A stretch of 64,000 bases of DNA from an uncultured beta proteobacterium (GTDB lineage: Bacteria; Pseudomonadota; Gammaproteobacteria; Burkholderiales; Gallionellaceae). Made by a program: the position numbers and the translations under genes. The DNA lies in NCBI GenBank assembly GCA_963806115.1, contig CAWDWW010000019.1:1675-65674 (forward strand). Reading direction: 5' to 3'. This document shows, one piece after another, positions 20,724 to 29,930 of the stretch (position 1 is its first letter; each line of letters opens with the position of its first letter). Under the pieces are notes generated by a model, which saw nothing but the letters and a program-made list of their open reading frames with translations, did no database searches and was not told the origin of the DNA.

Positions 20724-21272
20724 CTATTCCTTGGGCGCGCCACCCCTTACCAGTCGAACGTTGAACTTTTCCTCCTTGCGCGGATGCTCGGGGCCTCCCG
20801 CACCGAAGCTGATGGCATAAGCATAGGCATCCATACCGGGTCCGCGCCGCGTGGTGACCGTCCAGAAGTAGACCGGGGGCGTGGCCGGGAACAGCGCAAG
20901 ATTGATCCGCGGATTGGAGCACTGGCGCTCGACGATCGATGCCAGTTCCGCGATTTGCGGCACGCGCCAATCATGATGATTGGCATAACCTCCCTCACGG
21001 TTAAGCTTGTCTGCAGCTTCCTGTGCGGACTTCCAGGTATAGGTAGCCGGTGTGCCGGTACAGGTTGTGCCGGTCCAGACCTGGCCCAGCGAGCAACGCA
21101 TCCAGGTCAGATCCGGTTCGAGATCAAACAGCGTGCCATCGCCGTTGTCCGTGAAGCGTTCAACTGGAGCTGACATCGGAAAGGACTTATCGCAAGTCTG
21201 TTCGGCCCATGCAGGCGACCATACCGATGAACTGCCCAGCAACAGCACAGCTAAAAATTGTCTTGTCTTCAT
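20724..21272 (-). CDS. DUF1566 (Lcl domain) exported protein
   Basis: Signal peptide MKTRQFLAV...; RFTDNGDGT, LTWMRC, DWRVPQIAEL and VRLVR motifs. Confidence 0.85.
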   Translation of the reverse strand: MKTRQFLAVLLLGSSSVWSPAWAEQTCDKSFPMSAPVERFTDNGDGTLFDLEPDLTWMRCSLGQVWTGTTCTGTPATYTWKSAQEAADKLNREGGYANHHDWRVPQIAELASIVERQCSNPRINLALFPATPPVYFWTVTTRRGPGMDAYAYAISFGAGGPEHPRKEEKFNVRLVRGGAPKE

Positions 21273-21302
21273 TATTGCTGCACTCCCTATTTCTTGGCAT
21301 TT

Positions 21303-21334
21303 AAAAAAAGCAAGCGGGATTGCCCCGCTTGCTT
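21303..21334 (-). terminator. Rho-independent terminator downstream of the cytochrome c gene
   Basis: Minus strand: AAGCAAGCGGG-GCAAT-CCCGCTTGCTT followed by a T-run. Confidence 0.75.
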
Positions 21335-21392
21335 GAATTTTCCGGCTTATAAAATAATCAGCAGGGAATCGCCAAAACGGCAACCCACTTGC

Positions 21393-21899
21393 TTATTTGT
21401 CGTAACCGATACCGGAGCCCTTATATGGAAAACCGCGCCCGGATTTCACCACGACAGGCGCAGTCTGCTTGGTCTGCAAACCTGGATCGAGTGGTTTACC
21501 GCGGTACATATAATAGCATAGGCCTCCATCGCGACCATGTCCGGACCGTCGACATCAAGCGCTTGCCCACCTTGCACTACCGTGATGCACCAATTGATCA
21601 TGTCCCTGATTGGAGCGACTCGCCCAGATCCGCCTGGAACTTGGGGAATGTTTGAGGATTCGTCGCGGCCGCATCGGGATGACAGTTGCCGCAAGCCAGG
21701 CCATTGGTAGACATTGTGGCTTTGCTGCCGTGCCAAAGCTCATAACCCTGATTCACCACGTCAAGCAACTGCTTCTGCATATCTGCCAGTTCAGCTTTGT
21801 ATACGGCTCTCTGGCCAGTGCAGGATTGAATGCAAGCATCCCGAGCAACGCAACCGGAGTGATCAATCCCATAACCACATTTTTAGTATTCAGTTTCAT
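21393..21899 (-). CDS. SoxA/TsdA-like monoheme c-type cytochrome (frameshifted)
   Basis: Reconstructed over frameshifts near 21797, 21621 and 21513: Sec signal MKLNTKNVVMG...PALA, CGNCH heme motif, TFPKFQADLGRVAPIRDMINWCI with a distal Cys, then MVAMEAY...GYDK*. Confidence 0.72.
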
Positions 21900-21912
21900 C
21901 TCTCTTCCCTCC

Positions 21913-22936
21913 TTAGATTTTGAAGCCGTTTTTCATGGCCGGAGTCAACATATCCCCGAACGGCTCGTACTGCATCACGCCGGTGAAGTTGCTCTCCAGA
22001 TCGATATGCTGCGCGCCTTCACCATCCGTAAAGTTGGCTGGATCCGAACGGTAGCATTTGCGACCAGGGATATGTCAGCTTGACATCGGGGTAAGGCCAC
22101 GGCCAGGAGGTGGACAGCGTCCCGATGGAGGACATATTGCCGATCTTGTTGTAGACCGTCTGGTGCACATGCCCGTGGAACGCCATCACGCGCTCGAATT
22201 TCTTCAGGATATCGCGAACCTCGGGAGCGTCCTCGGTCTGGAAATTCCAGCGCGGGTAATAGTCCCACAGCGGTGAATGGGTGAAGACAACCACCGGAGT
22301 ATCCGGACTGAGTTTCTTCACATCCTTCTTCAGCCAATCCAGCTGTTCTTCCCGCACACCCCACGGTCCGGCGATCGGGCTTTCGAGCATTTCCATCACG
22401 CTCATTCGCTCTTCCGCAGACATTCCGGCTGTGGTCCAGAAATCACGCACCAGGATGGAGTTCATCCCGATGAAATGCACGCCCTTGTGGTCAAACGACC
22501 AGGTCGGACTGCCGAAATGACCGCGCCATGCAGCTCCCATGTCCAGATACCAGTCGTGCTCACCGGGAATGTAATGGATAGGCATGGTCAGTTTGGAAAG
22601 GATCTTCATTCCCTTCTTCAACTGAGCATCCTTACCATTCTGGGCAATATCGCCGCAATAAACGACGAAATCAGGAAGCGGATTCATTTTCATGACCTTG
22701 ATCAACCGCATCGGCCATCTGGGCCATCAAATTTATGGTTGTCTATACTGTAAAGATGCGCGTCAGTCAGTATCGCAAACCGGAATGGGCTAACTTTGCC
22801 CTTGCCAACTGCCGCTTCGGCCACTTGCACCATCCCCAAATTGGCACCCACCGCACTCGCCATCAAGGTAGCCAAGCCCGGCCTTGCCGCTGATCGTAAA
22901 AAAATCTCTCCTGCTCATCTTGTCAAAGTCAGTCAT
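21913..22936 (-). CDS. Tat-exported calcineurin-like metallophosphoesterase (frameshifted)
   Basis: SRRDFF twin-arginine signal; FAILTDAH, YCGD, PGEHD, FTHSP and FHGHVH motifs. Frameshifts near 22877, 22723, 22697 and 22055; ends ...KNGFKI* 13 bp before the cytochrome ATG. Confidence 0.8.
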
Positions 22937-23215
22937 TACTTTTCTCCTCTTTCGTGAAATAAGCCCATTTATCTGCACTAGCGGGCACCTAAACAACTCA
23001 CTTGCTAAATATATTACGGTATTTATATACTTGCTGATGACTTGAAATGCAAAATTTGCCACCACATCAACGCTGGGGATTTAAGGTCAAGTGCTTTAGT
23101 TAATCTAACGAATTATTTGAATCGGCATCATTGATGGAATCAATCATGTATCGGAAGCGAAGCAATACGAAGCAATACAATGGATTAACAGGCACAGTAT
23201 AAAGTGGGCTGGGTT

Positions 23216-23252
23216 ATAGATTTTATGAATCGAATTCATTGAAAGAATCAAT
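23216..23252. promoter_or_regulatory. Putative OxyR binding site
   Basis: ATAG-N7-GAAT-N7-ATTG-N7-CAAT, against the OxyR consensus ATAG-N7-CTAT-N7-ATAG-N7-CTAT; lies upstream of oxyR. Confidence 0.6.
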
Positions 23253-23523
23253 TTTGCGTTACTGTTTCCTTATTTATAAAATGGATAATATTTTATAAAT
23301 TGATTTCTAATTTCTAATTGCATTTGTAGATGATGCCGATGCAAGAAAACATAAATCATAAGTTTGAGTTGCAAGACTTTCCGGACAGGTGAAGTTCTCC
23401 AAAATCTTGCTCGAATATGATTCATAACAACTCTTTTCGACAATGCCACTCAGAATATTGTCCTGATTAATGTATCGAATGAATCATATGGAATTATCTA
23501 ATCCATTTTATCTAAGGCAAACC

Positions 23524-24438
23524 ATGACCCTGCAGGAATTGCGATATGTAGTGGCACTGGCGGATGCAGGACATTTCGGCCGTGCAGCCGAGGCCTGCTT
23601 CGTCAGCCAATCCACGCTTTCCACCCAGATCAAGAAACTGGAGGATTATCTCGGCATCGCGCTGTTCGATCGCAGCCTGAAATCCGTGACGCTCACACCC
23701 GCCGGCCACGAGATTGTCGACTCAGCGCGTCGCATCATCGAAGAAGCCAATCGTATTTGCGAATTGTCGAAACAAACCAAAGATCCTATGGTTCGCTCCA
23801 TACATCTTGGCGTCATCCCGACGCTGGGACCTTATTACCTGCCTCATGCGCTGCCCCTGGTGCATGAGCACTTCCCCAAATTACGACTGCTGTTGCGCGA
23901 GGAAATGACACCGCACGTGCTTGCCCACTTGACCGAAGGAAAGCTGGATGCAGGCCTGCTGGCCCTGCCTTTGCCGGCCGATGATCCCGCGATGGAAACC
24001 GTGGCGCTATTCAGCGAACCGTTTTTCGCGGCGGTGCCTGCAGACCATCCGCTCGCAGCCGCAAAAGAGATACATATCGATGAACTGGTTCATGCCGGAC
24101 TGTTTTTGCTGGAAGAAGGACACTGCCTGCGCAACCAGGCTCTGGAGGCTTGCAAGCTGGAGGGACTCGAAAATGAAGAGATACGCGCGACCAGTCTGGA
24201 AACACTGCGCCAGATGGTCGGCATGGGGCTGGGGGTCACGTTGATTCCGGCACTGGCCGGCATGCAATCTCACGATATCGGCACCCGTGTCGCGCTGCGC
24301 CCGCTCGCGTCGCCGGGTGCATCACGCATCATCGGGCTGGTTTGGCGCAAGCGCTCACCCGTCGCGCCCACGATGGAAATTCTGGCGAAGTTCCTGAAAG
24401 ATACTTTGCCACCCGGGACTTTGGAAGTAAATAAATAA
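23524..24438 (+). CDS. oxyR: Hydrogen peroxide-inducible LysR regulator OxyR
   Basis: MTLQELRY...HFGRAAEACFVSQSTLS HTH; LLEEGHCLRNQALEAC redox Cys pair; ATSLETLRQMV. Confidence 0.92.
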   Translation: MTLQELRYVVALADAGHFGRAAEACFVSQSTLSTQIKKLEDYLGIALFDRSLKSVTLTPAGHEIVDSARRIIEEANRICELSKQTKDPMVRSIHLGVIPTLGPYYLPHALPLVHEHFPKLRLLLREEMTPHVLAHLTEGKLDAGLLALPLPADDPAMETVALFSEPFFAAVPADHPLAAAKEIHIDELVHAGLFLLEEGHCLRNQALEACKLEGLENEEIRATSLETLRQMVGMGLGVTLIPALAGMQSHDIGTRVALRPLASPGASRIIGLVWRKRSPVAPTMEILAKFLKDTLPPGTLEVNK

Positions 24439-24458
24439 ATGGAAACTTGTTTTGGTTT

Positions 24459-24496
24459 ATACATCTCTATCTATCTTGTCAATTGAAACCATCTAA
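24459..24496 (+). promoter_or_regulatory. Putative OxyR site upstream of rubrerythrin
   Basis: ATAC-N8-CTAT-N7-ATTG-N7-CTAA; three tetrads are correctly spaced. Confidence 0.45.
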
Positions 24497-24607
24497 ACAA
24501 TTCACTTTTTATAACTACGGACAAAATAGTATGCTGTGAACCATGACTCAAGATCACTTGATCGATAGTCAAATTTATTTTTATCAACCAACTACGAGGT
24601 GAATATC

Positions 24608-25027
24608 ATGAAACTGAAAGGAAGCAAAACCGAACAATGCCTGAAAGACGCCTTCGCAGGTGAATCCATGGCCAACCGCCGCTATCTTTATTTCGCAGGC
24701 AAAGCCGACATCGAAGGTTACAACGATGTATCCGCGCTGTTCCGCTCCACTGCCGAGGGAGAGACCGGTCATGCGCACGGTCATCTGGAATATCTGGAAC
24801 AATGCGGTGACCCGGCCACCGGCCTGCCATTCGGCGGCACGCAGGACAATCTGAAAAGCTCGGTAGCGGGCGAGACCCACGAGTACACCGACATGTACCC
24901 GGGCATGGCCAAGACCGCGCGGGATGAAGGCTTCAACGAGGTCGCCGACTGGTTCGAAACGCTGGCCAAGGCGGAGCGTTCCCACGCCAACCGTTATCAA
25001 AAAGCACTCAACGAGTTCAAGGCATAA
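24608..25027 (+). CDS. rbr: Rubrerythrin (short aerobic type, no rubredoxin domain)
   Basis: [32 protein letters not shown] and AERSH di-iron ligands. Confidence 0.92.
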   Translation: MKLKGSKTEQCLKDAFAGESMANRRYLYFAGKADIEGYNDVSALFRSTAEGETGHAHGHLEYLEQCGDPATGLPFGGTQDNLKSSVAGETHEYTDMYPGMAKTARDEGFNEVADWFETLAKAERSHANRYQKALNEFKA

Positions 25028-25052
25028 GCCAGCCTAAACTCGCAACTCTGGT

Positions 25053-25082
25053 CCGGCCGTGTTCTCAACGGCCGGTTTCTTT
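25053..25082 (+). terminator. Intra-operon hairpin/terminator after rubrerythrin
   Basis: CCGGCCGT-gttctca-ACGGCCGG followed by TTTCTTT. Confidence 0.6.
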
Positions 25083-25112
25083 CCCGTTTTTGTAAATACA
25101 CAGGACGAAGTC

Positions 25113-26447
25113 ATGGCCGCTCCAACTCGTGAAGGAAATCTTGACGCTCCAACCCGTCATCCGCTGGACTGGAAGAATCCGGATTTTTACAACGAGGCAT
25201 CGTTGTACAAGGAGATGGAACGGGTCTTCGACATCTGCCACGGCTGCCGGCGCTGTGTCAGTCTGTGCCAGTCATTTCCCACGCTGTTCGATCTGGTGGA
25301 TGAATCCCCCACGCTGGAGGTGGATGGCGTCGCCAAGGCGGATTACGTCAAGGTCGTAGACCACTGTTACCTCTGCGATCTGTGCTACATGACCAAGTGT
25401 CCCTATGTGCCGCCGCACGAATGGAACGTGGACTTTCCCCATCTGATGCTCAGGGCCAAGGCGGTGAAGTACAAGAATGGCGACGTGAAGCTGCGCGACC
25501 GGATATTGACCAGCACCGACACCGTCGGCAGTTTGGCAGGTATTCCAGTAGTGGCGCAAGTGGTAAATGCGGTCAACAAGATCGGTGTTGCGCGCAAGGG
25601 ACTGCAGGCCGTCGCCGGTATTCATGCCGACGCATGGCTGCCCGAATTCCATAGCAACCCGCTACGCAACAGACTCTCAGGGCATGTCAGCACCAACCAG
25701 GCCCAACCGGCTGGTATCACCAGAGGAAAAATTGCACTGTTCGCCACCTGCTACATGAACCGCAACGAACCGGGGCCGGGCGAGGACTTCGTCGCGGTGT
25801 TCGAGCACAACGGTATCCCTGTCAGACTCGCGGAACAGGAACGCTGCTGCGGCATGCCCAAGCTGGAACTGGGCGATTTGGAATCAGTGGCGAAAGCCAA
25901 GGAGTTCAACATCCCGGTGCTTTCCAGACTTGTCGATGAGGGCTGGGACCTGACCGCGCTGGTCCCCTCCTGCGTGCTGATGTTCAAGCAGGAACTCCCG
26001 CTGATGTATCCGGATGATCCCGACGTGCAGAAAGTGAAAGATGCCTTCTTTGATCCCTTCGAATATCTGATACTGCGCCACAAGGAGGGGAAGCTCAAGT
26101 CGGATTTCAAGCAACCCTTGGGCAAAGTGGTTTACCACGCCGCCTGCCACCAGCGCGTGCAGAACATCGGCCAGAAGACCCGCGAAACCTTGTCGCTGGT
26201 GCCGGACACCACGGTGGAAATCATCGAGCGCTGTTCCGGACACGATGGCACTTATGCCGTGAAAAAGGAATTCCATGATTCGGCGATGAAGATCGTGATG
26301 CCGGTGGTGGACCGCGTGAAAAAAGCGGAAGCGCAACATTATGGCAGCGACTGCGCGATGGCCGGCCACCACATCGAAAACGGCCTAAAGGATGGCCGCG
26401 CGCCGGAACACCCGATCACCTTGCTGCGCCAAGCTTACGCGATCTGA
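25113..26447 (+). CDS. Rubrerythrin-associated Fe-S oxidoreductase (GlpC/HdrD-like, CCG domains)
   Basis: CHGCRRCVSLC and CYLCDLCYMTKC 4Fe-4S motifs; RCCGMP and RCSGHDG. Confidence 0.9.
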   Translation: MAAPTREGNLDAPTRHPLDWKNPDFYNEASLYKEMERVFDICHGCRRCVSLCQSFPTLFDLVDESPTLEVDGVAKADYVKVVDHCYLCDLCYMTKCPYVPPHEWNVDFPHLMLRAKAVKYKNGDVKLRDRILTSTDTVGSLAGIPVVAQVVNAVNKIGVARKGLQAVAGIHADAWLPEFHSNPLRNRLSGHVSTNQAQPAGITRGKIALFATCYMNRNEPGPGEDFVAVFEHNGIPVRLAEQERCCGMPKLELGDLESVAKAKEFNIPVLSRLVDEGWDLTALVPSCVLMFKQELPLMYPDDPDVQKVKDAFFDPFEYLILRHKEGKLKSDFKQPLGKVVYHAACHQRVQNIGQKTRETLSLVPDTTVEIIERCSGHDGTYAVKKEFHDSAMKIVMPVVDRVKKAEAQHYGSDCAMAGHHIENGLKDGRAPEHPITLLRQAYAI

Positions 26448-26482
26448 ATCCTTACGCTATCTGAATCGAACAGGAGGATAAA

Positions 26483-26770
26483 ATGTCAAACGAAGGCTAC
26501 CACGAACCGATCGAACAACTCAGCACGGAAACCCGCGACATGCATCGCGCGATCGTTTCACTGATGGAGGAACTGGAGGCGGTGGACTGGTACAACCAGC
26601 GGGTCGACGCCTGCGGCGATCCCGAGTTGAAGGCGATTCTCGCGCATAACCGCGACGAGGAGAAGGAGCACGCTGCGATGGTGCTGGAATGGATCCGGCG
26701 CCGCGACCCGCGCTTCGACAAGGAGTTGCGCGACTATCTCTTCACCGACAAGAAGCTCGCACATGATTGA
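26483..26770 (+). CDS. Encapsulin-associated ferritin-like protein (EncFtn/Flp type) without a cargo-loading peptide
   Basis: YHEP..L....RDMHRAIVSLMEELEAVDWYNQR and HNRDEEKEHAAM..EWIRR motifs; 95 aa ending YLFTDKKLAHD; strong AGGAGG RBS. Confidence 0.88.
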   Translation: MSNEGYHEPIEQLSTETRDMHRAIVSLMEELEAVDWYNQRVDACGDPELKAILAHNRDEEKEHAAMVLEWIRRRDPRFDKELRDYLFTDKKLAHD

Positions 26771-26792
26771 TACGGACACAGAAAAGACTGCC

Positions 26793-27374
26793 ATGAGGAA
26801 GCTGACTCGCGACGATCTTTACTCTCTGGAAAAATATTCCATCGTCCGCACTGAGTTCCGTGACAAGGTCATGGAACACAAAGCAAAGCGCAGGCTGGCG
26901 ATCGGCCCGCATGCCACGCTTTATTTCGAGGACAGTCTCACGATGCAATACCAGGTGCAGGAAATGCTGCGCCTCGAGCGCATCTACGAGCCGGAAGGTA
27001 TCCAGCAGGAACTGGATGTCTACAATCCGCTGATTCCGGATGGCAGCAACTGGAAGGCGACTTTCATGGTCGAGTACGAGGATGTTGAGGAGCGCCGTGC
27101 CGCGCTGGCCCGCCTGATCGGCATCGAAAAGACCGTGTGGGTGCAGGCTGAAGGATGCGGCAAGGTGTATGCCATCTGCAACGAGGACCTGGACCGGGAA
27201 ACCGAAGACAAGACCGCTGCGGTGCACTTCATGCGATTCGAACTCACACCGGAAATGGTTGCCGCGATCAAGCGCGGCGCAACCATTCGGGCTGGCATCG
27301 ACCACCCCAACTACCGGGAGGAAGTGGAAATGTCACCGCAGGTGCGTTCTTCTCTGGCCGGCGATTTGCGTTGA
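26793..27374 (+). CDS. DUF3501 family protein
   Basis: LYFED..TMQYQVQEMLR.ER, YNPLIP and GIDHPNY motifs; usual partner of rubrerythrin/Fe-S oxidoreductase. Confidence 0.88.
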   Translation: MRKLTRDDLYSLEKYSIVRTEFRDKVMEHKAKRRLAIGPHATLYFEDSLTMQYQVQEMLRLERIYEPEGIQQELDVYNPLIPDGSNWKATFMVEYEDVEERRAALARLIGIEKTVWVQAEGCGKVYAICNEDLDRETEDKTAAVHFMRFELTPEMVAAIKRGATIRAGIDHPNYREEVEMSPQVRSSLAGDLR

Positions 27375-27439
27375 TAACCTCTTGGATATTGCCACCCGTT
27401 CAATTTTAGACAGATGTCATTTATTTCAAGGAGAAAATT

Positions 27440-27643
27440 ATGGGTTCATTGAGCATCTGGCACTGGCTGATAGTATTGTTGGTGGTCGTATTGATTTTCG
27501 GCACAAAAAAATTGCGCAACATCGGCAGCGATCTGGGCGGCGCGGTAAAGGACTTCAAGGAAGGCATGCGTTCTGAAGAAGACCAAACCGTTTTACAGAT
27601 TAAGGAAGGTGTACAAGATATCTCAAGCAAAGTTCAAAGTTAA
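27440..27643 (+). CDS. tatA: Twin-arginine translocase subunit TatA
   Basis: [43 protein letters not shown]. Confidence 0.93.
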   Translation: MGSLSIWHWLIVLLVVVLIFGTKKLRNIGSDLGGAVKDFKEGMRSEEDQTVLQIKEGVQDISSKVQS

Positions 27644-27740
27644 AGACAAAAAGACCGCAAACGCATAAAACAGTCCTTCCGTAAGCTGCATCCCCTGACC
27701 GCATGGGGTCGGACAAATTTATTGACGACCGAAAGCCGCT

Positions 27741-29057
27741 CTATCGAACTGCAGATATTCCATGCACAGGCAGCACCATCCTGGCCACAAGCCCGCCCGC
27801 AACATTGTCCTCCAGGATAAATTCACCATCATGTAATCTTGCGGCTCGTTCGACTATGGCCAGGCCCAGGCCAGATCCGGTCGAATCGCTACGGGCTGAT
27901 TCCAGGCGGACGAACGGACGTTTCACCGATGCGCGTTGCGCTGCGGGGATGCCTGTGCCGCGATCTTCCACCGCCAGAACAACATTGCCTTTCTCCTGAT
28001 TGAGGTGCACGGTTATTTCGCTTCCGCCATATTTGATGGCGTTATCCAGCAGGTTGCTGAGTGCGCGCTTCATCAGCAACGGCCTGACTTGAAGAGCGGG
28101 CACATCGTGCACATCGAGCAAAAGCGATCGCGCTTGCCCGGAGAATTGCTGCGCAACTTCCTGTACCAGCAATTTAAGATCGGTCGATCGCACTGCTTCG
28201 GTTTCGTCCAGGCGGGCATAGTCGAGGAATTGCTGTATCACGGCATCCATCTGTTCCACATCGGCAGCCAGCCCCTCACGCAGCGATTCATCCGCACTCA
28301 ATTCGGCGGCGATCCGCACCCGTGCCAGCGGGGTGCGCAAATCATGCGAGATGCCCGCCAGCACCAGCGCCCGCTCGCGTTCATTGGACGCAAGATCAGC
28401 GGACATCTGGTTGAATGCGCGCGATACTGTGACGATTTCCTGCGCCCCTTTTTCCGGCAACGGTTGCGGCCAGATACCCTGCCCGACTTGCAGCGCGGCT
28501 TGGGCAAGTCTCTTCAGCGGTCGGGCTACCTGGCGCGCGATGAAATATGCGCCCGGCAACGCAAGCGCGAAAACCAATATGCCCCATGGCAACAATATCT
28601 TGTAGAAAGAATGTTCGACACGCTCCTTGGGAAGAGCGATCCAGAATTCCTCATCGCCGATGAAGAAGCTCACCCACAAAGCCTCTTCACCGTTGAGTTC
28701 TTCCGCGAAGCGCGTGTTGCTGCCCAGGCTATCGCGAACCTTTTCCATCATCAACCGCAACTCTGTCGTATGCTCAGGCAAAGGCTTGAGATTATCGCCG
28801 GGCTCAGCCATCTGCACACGCAGTCCTTCAGAAACTGCCAATTCAGCCAACAAAGCGGAACGCCATTCGGGAGCGGCCGAGAGCACTGCAGCTCGGGTAA
28901 GATTGACTACAGACACGACCAGTTGCGCCATCTGCTTTGCGTGCGGTTCCTGTTGTACATGACGGAAGATCAGTACCGAAGCTGCGAGTGAAACCACGAT
29001 CAACACGACAATCAGCAAAAAGGAGCGTGCCAGCAGGGATCTTGGCTGGCTAATCAA
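27741..29057 (-). CDS. EnvZ/RisS-like sensor histidine kinase
   Basis: 2 TM segments, HAMP, H-box ISHDLRTPL, NLLDNAIKY and GSGLGLAIV. TTG start overlaps the ompR stop. Confidence 0.9.
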   Translation of the reverse strand: MISQPRSLLARSFLLIVVLIVVSLAASVLIFRHVQQEPHAKQMAQLVVSVVNLTRAAVLSAAPEWRSALLAELAVSEGLRVQMAEPGDNLKPLPEHTTELRLMMEKVRDSLGSNTRFAEELNGEEALWVSFFIGDEEFWIALPKERVEHSFYKILLPWGILVFALALPGAYFIARQVARPLKRLAQAALQVGQGIWPQPLPEKGAQEIVTVSRAFNQMSADLASNERERALVLAGISHDLRTPLARVRIAAELSADESLREGLAADVEQMDAVIQQFLDYARLDETEAVRSTDLKLLVQEVAQQFSGQARSLLLDVHDVPALQVRPLLMKRALSNLLDNAIKYGGSEITVHLNQEKGNVVLAVEDRGTGIPAAQRASVKRPFVRLESARSDSTGSGLGLAIVERAARLHDGEFILEDNVAGGLVARMVLPVHGISAVR

Positions 29058-29773
29058 GGTCTCGTGCCATCCGGTACAAATACATAGCCGTGTCCCCATA
29101 CCGTCTGGATGAAACGCGGATTGGCATGATCGGGTTCGACCAGCTTGCGCAATCGAGAGACCTGCACATCAATGGCACGATCAAACGGATCATGGTCGCG
29201 TCCGCGCGCCAGCTCCATCAGCTTGTCGCGCGAAAGCGGTTGGCGCGGATGTGACACCAGAGCCTTGAGCAGCGCGAACTCGCCGGTCGTCAGAGAAATC
29301 TGGGCGCCGGTTTTGGTCAGTACACGCGTTGCAAGATTCAATTCACAATCGCCGAAGACAATGCTCTTTTCTTCTGATTCCGGGGCACCAACGGGTTGTG
29401 ATCCCTTGCGGCGCAACACTGCATGGATGCGAGCCACCAGTTCGCGCGGATTGAACGGCTTGGGCAGATAGTCATCAGCGCCCATTTCCAATCCGACGAT
29501 ACGATCGATTTCGTCCCCCTTGGCGGTGAGCAGGATAACCGGAACGTTCTCGTCTGCACCGCGCAATCGGCGCAAGATAGCCAGCCCGTCTTCGTTGGGC
29601 AGCATCAAATCCAGCACCAGCAAGTGATAGCGCTTCAGAGCCAAAGCCTTGTCCAGTCCTTTCCCATCGCTAACTGCCCTGACCTCAAAGCCCTGTTCGG
29701 ACAGGTAGCGCAGCAATAGCTCGCGCAGGCGGGCGTCATCGTCGACAATCAAGATGCGGTATGGATTAGTCAT
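29054..29773 (-). CDS. ompR: OmpR family response regulator
   Basis: ILIVDDD..LR, LDLMLP, KPFNPREL and IQTVWGHGYVFVPDG. Confidence 0.9.
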   Translation of the reverse strand: MTNPYRILIVDDDARLRELLLRYLSEQGFEVRAVSDGKGLDKALALKRYHLLVLDLMLPNEDGLAILRRLRGADENVPVILLTAKGDEIDRIVGLEMGADDYLPKPFNPRELVARIHAVLRRKGSQPVGAPESEEKSIVFGDCELNLATRVLTKTGAQISLTTGEFALLKALVSHPRQPLSRDKLMELARGRDHDPFDRAIDVQVSRLRKLVEPDHANPRFIQTVWGHGYVFVPDGTRP

Positions 29774-29823
29774 TGCGGCATGATACACAGAACATTTATA
29801 AGGTTGGGAAAACTCAGAAGATT

Positions 29824-29871
29824 GAAACAAATATTTACATCTTAGTGATTGGCAAAAACACTTTGCTTACA
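29824..29871. promoter_or_regulatory. Candidate OmpR-type tandem direct-repeat boxes
   Basis: GAAACA-N4-TTTACA and AAAACA-N5-CTTACA in the divergent intergenic region. Confidence 0.4.
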
Positions 29872-29930
29872 TTCCAATCATACTATCTGTTCAAAGCCAA
29901 GCAAGGCGTAATGCAATTCGGGGAAAATAG

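Noticed and set aside
20724-21272. DUF1566 gene as a third member of the phosphoesterase-cytochrome operon
   Set aside because: It is co-oriented but separated by a strong intrinsic terminator at 21303-21334, so membership is not supported.
21913-22936. Calling the metallophosphoesterase a true SoxB
   Set aside because: It is only about 340 aa, lacks the 5'-nucleotidase C-terminal domain and has PGEHD rather than SoxB-type motifs. Only the superfamily is shared.
23158-23177. Tandem 10-bp repeat CGAAGCAATA x2
   Set aside because: Only two copies in an AT-rich spacer; probably a slippage duplication.
23131-24572. FNR-like boxes TTGAT-GGA-ATCAA (23131-23143) and TTGAT-CGATA-GTCAA (24558-24572)
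   Set aside because: The spacers are 3 and 5 bp rather than the required 4. They cannot be supported unless an indel error is shown.
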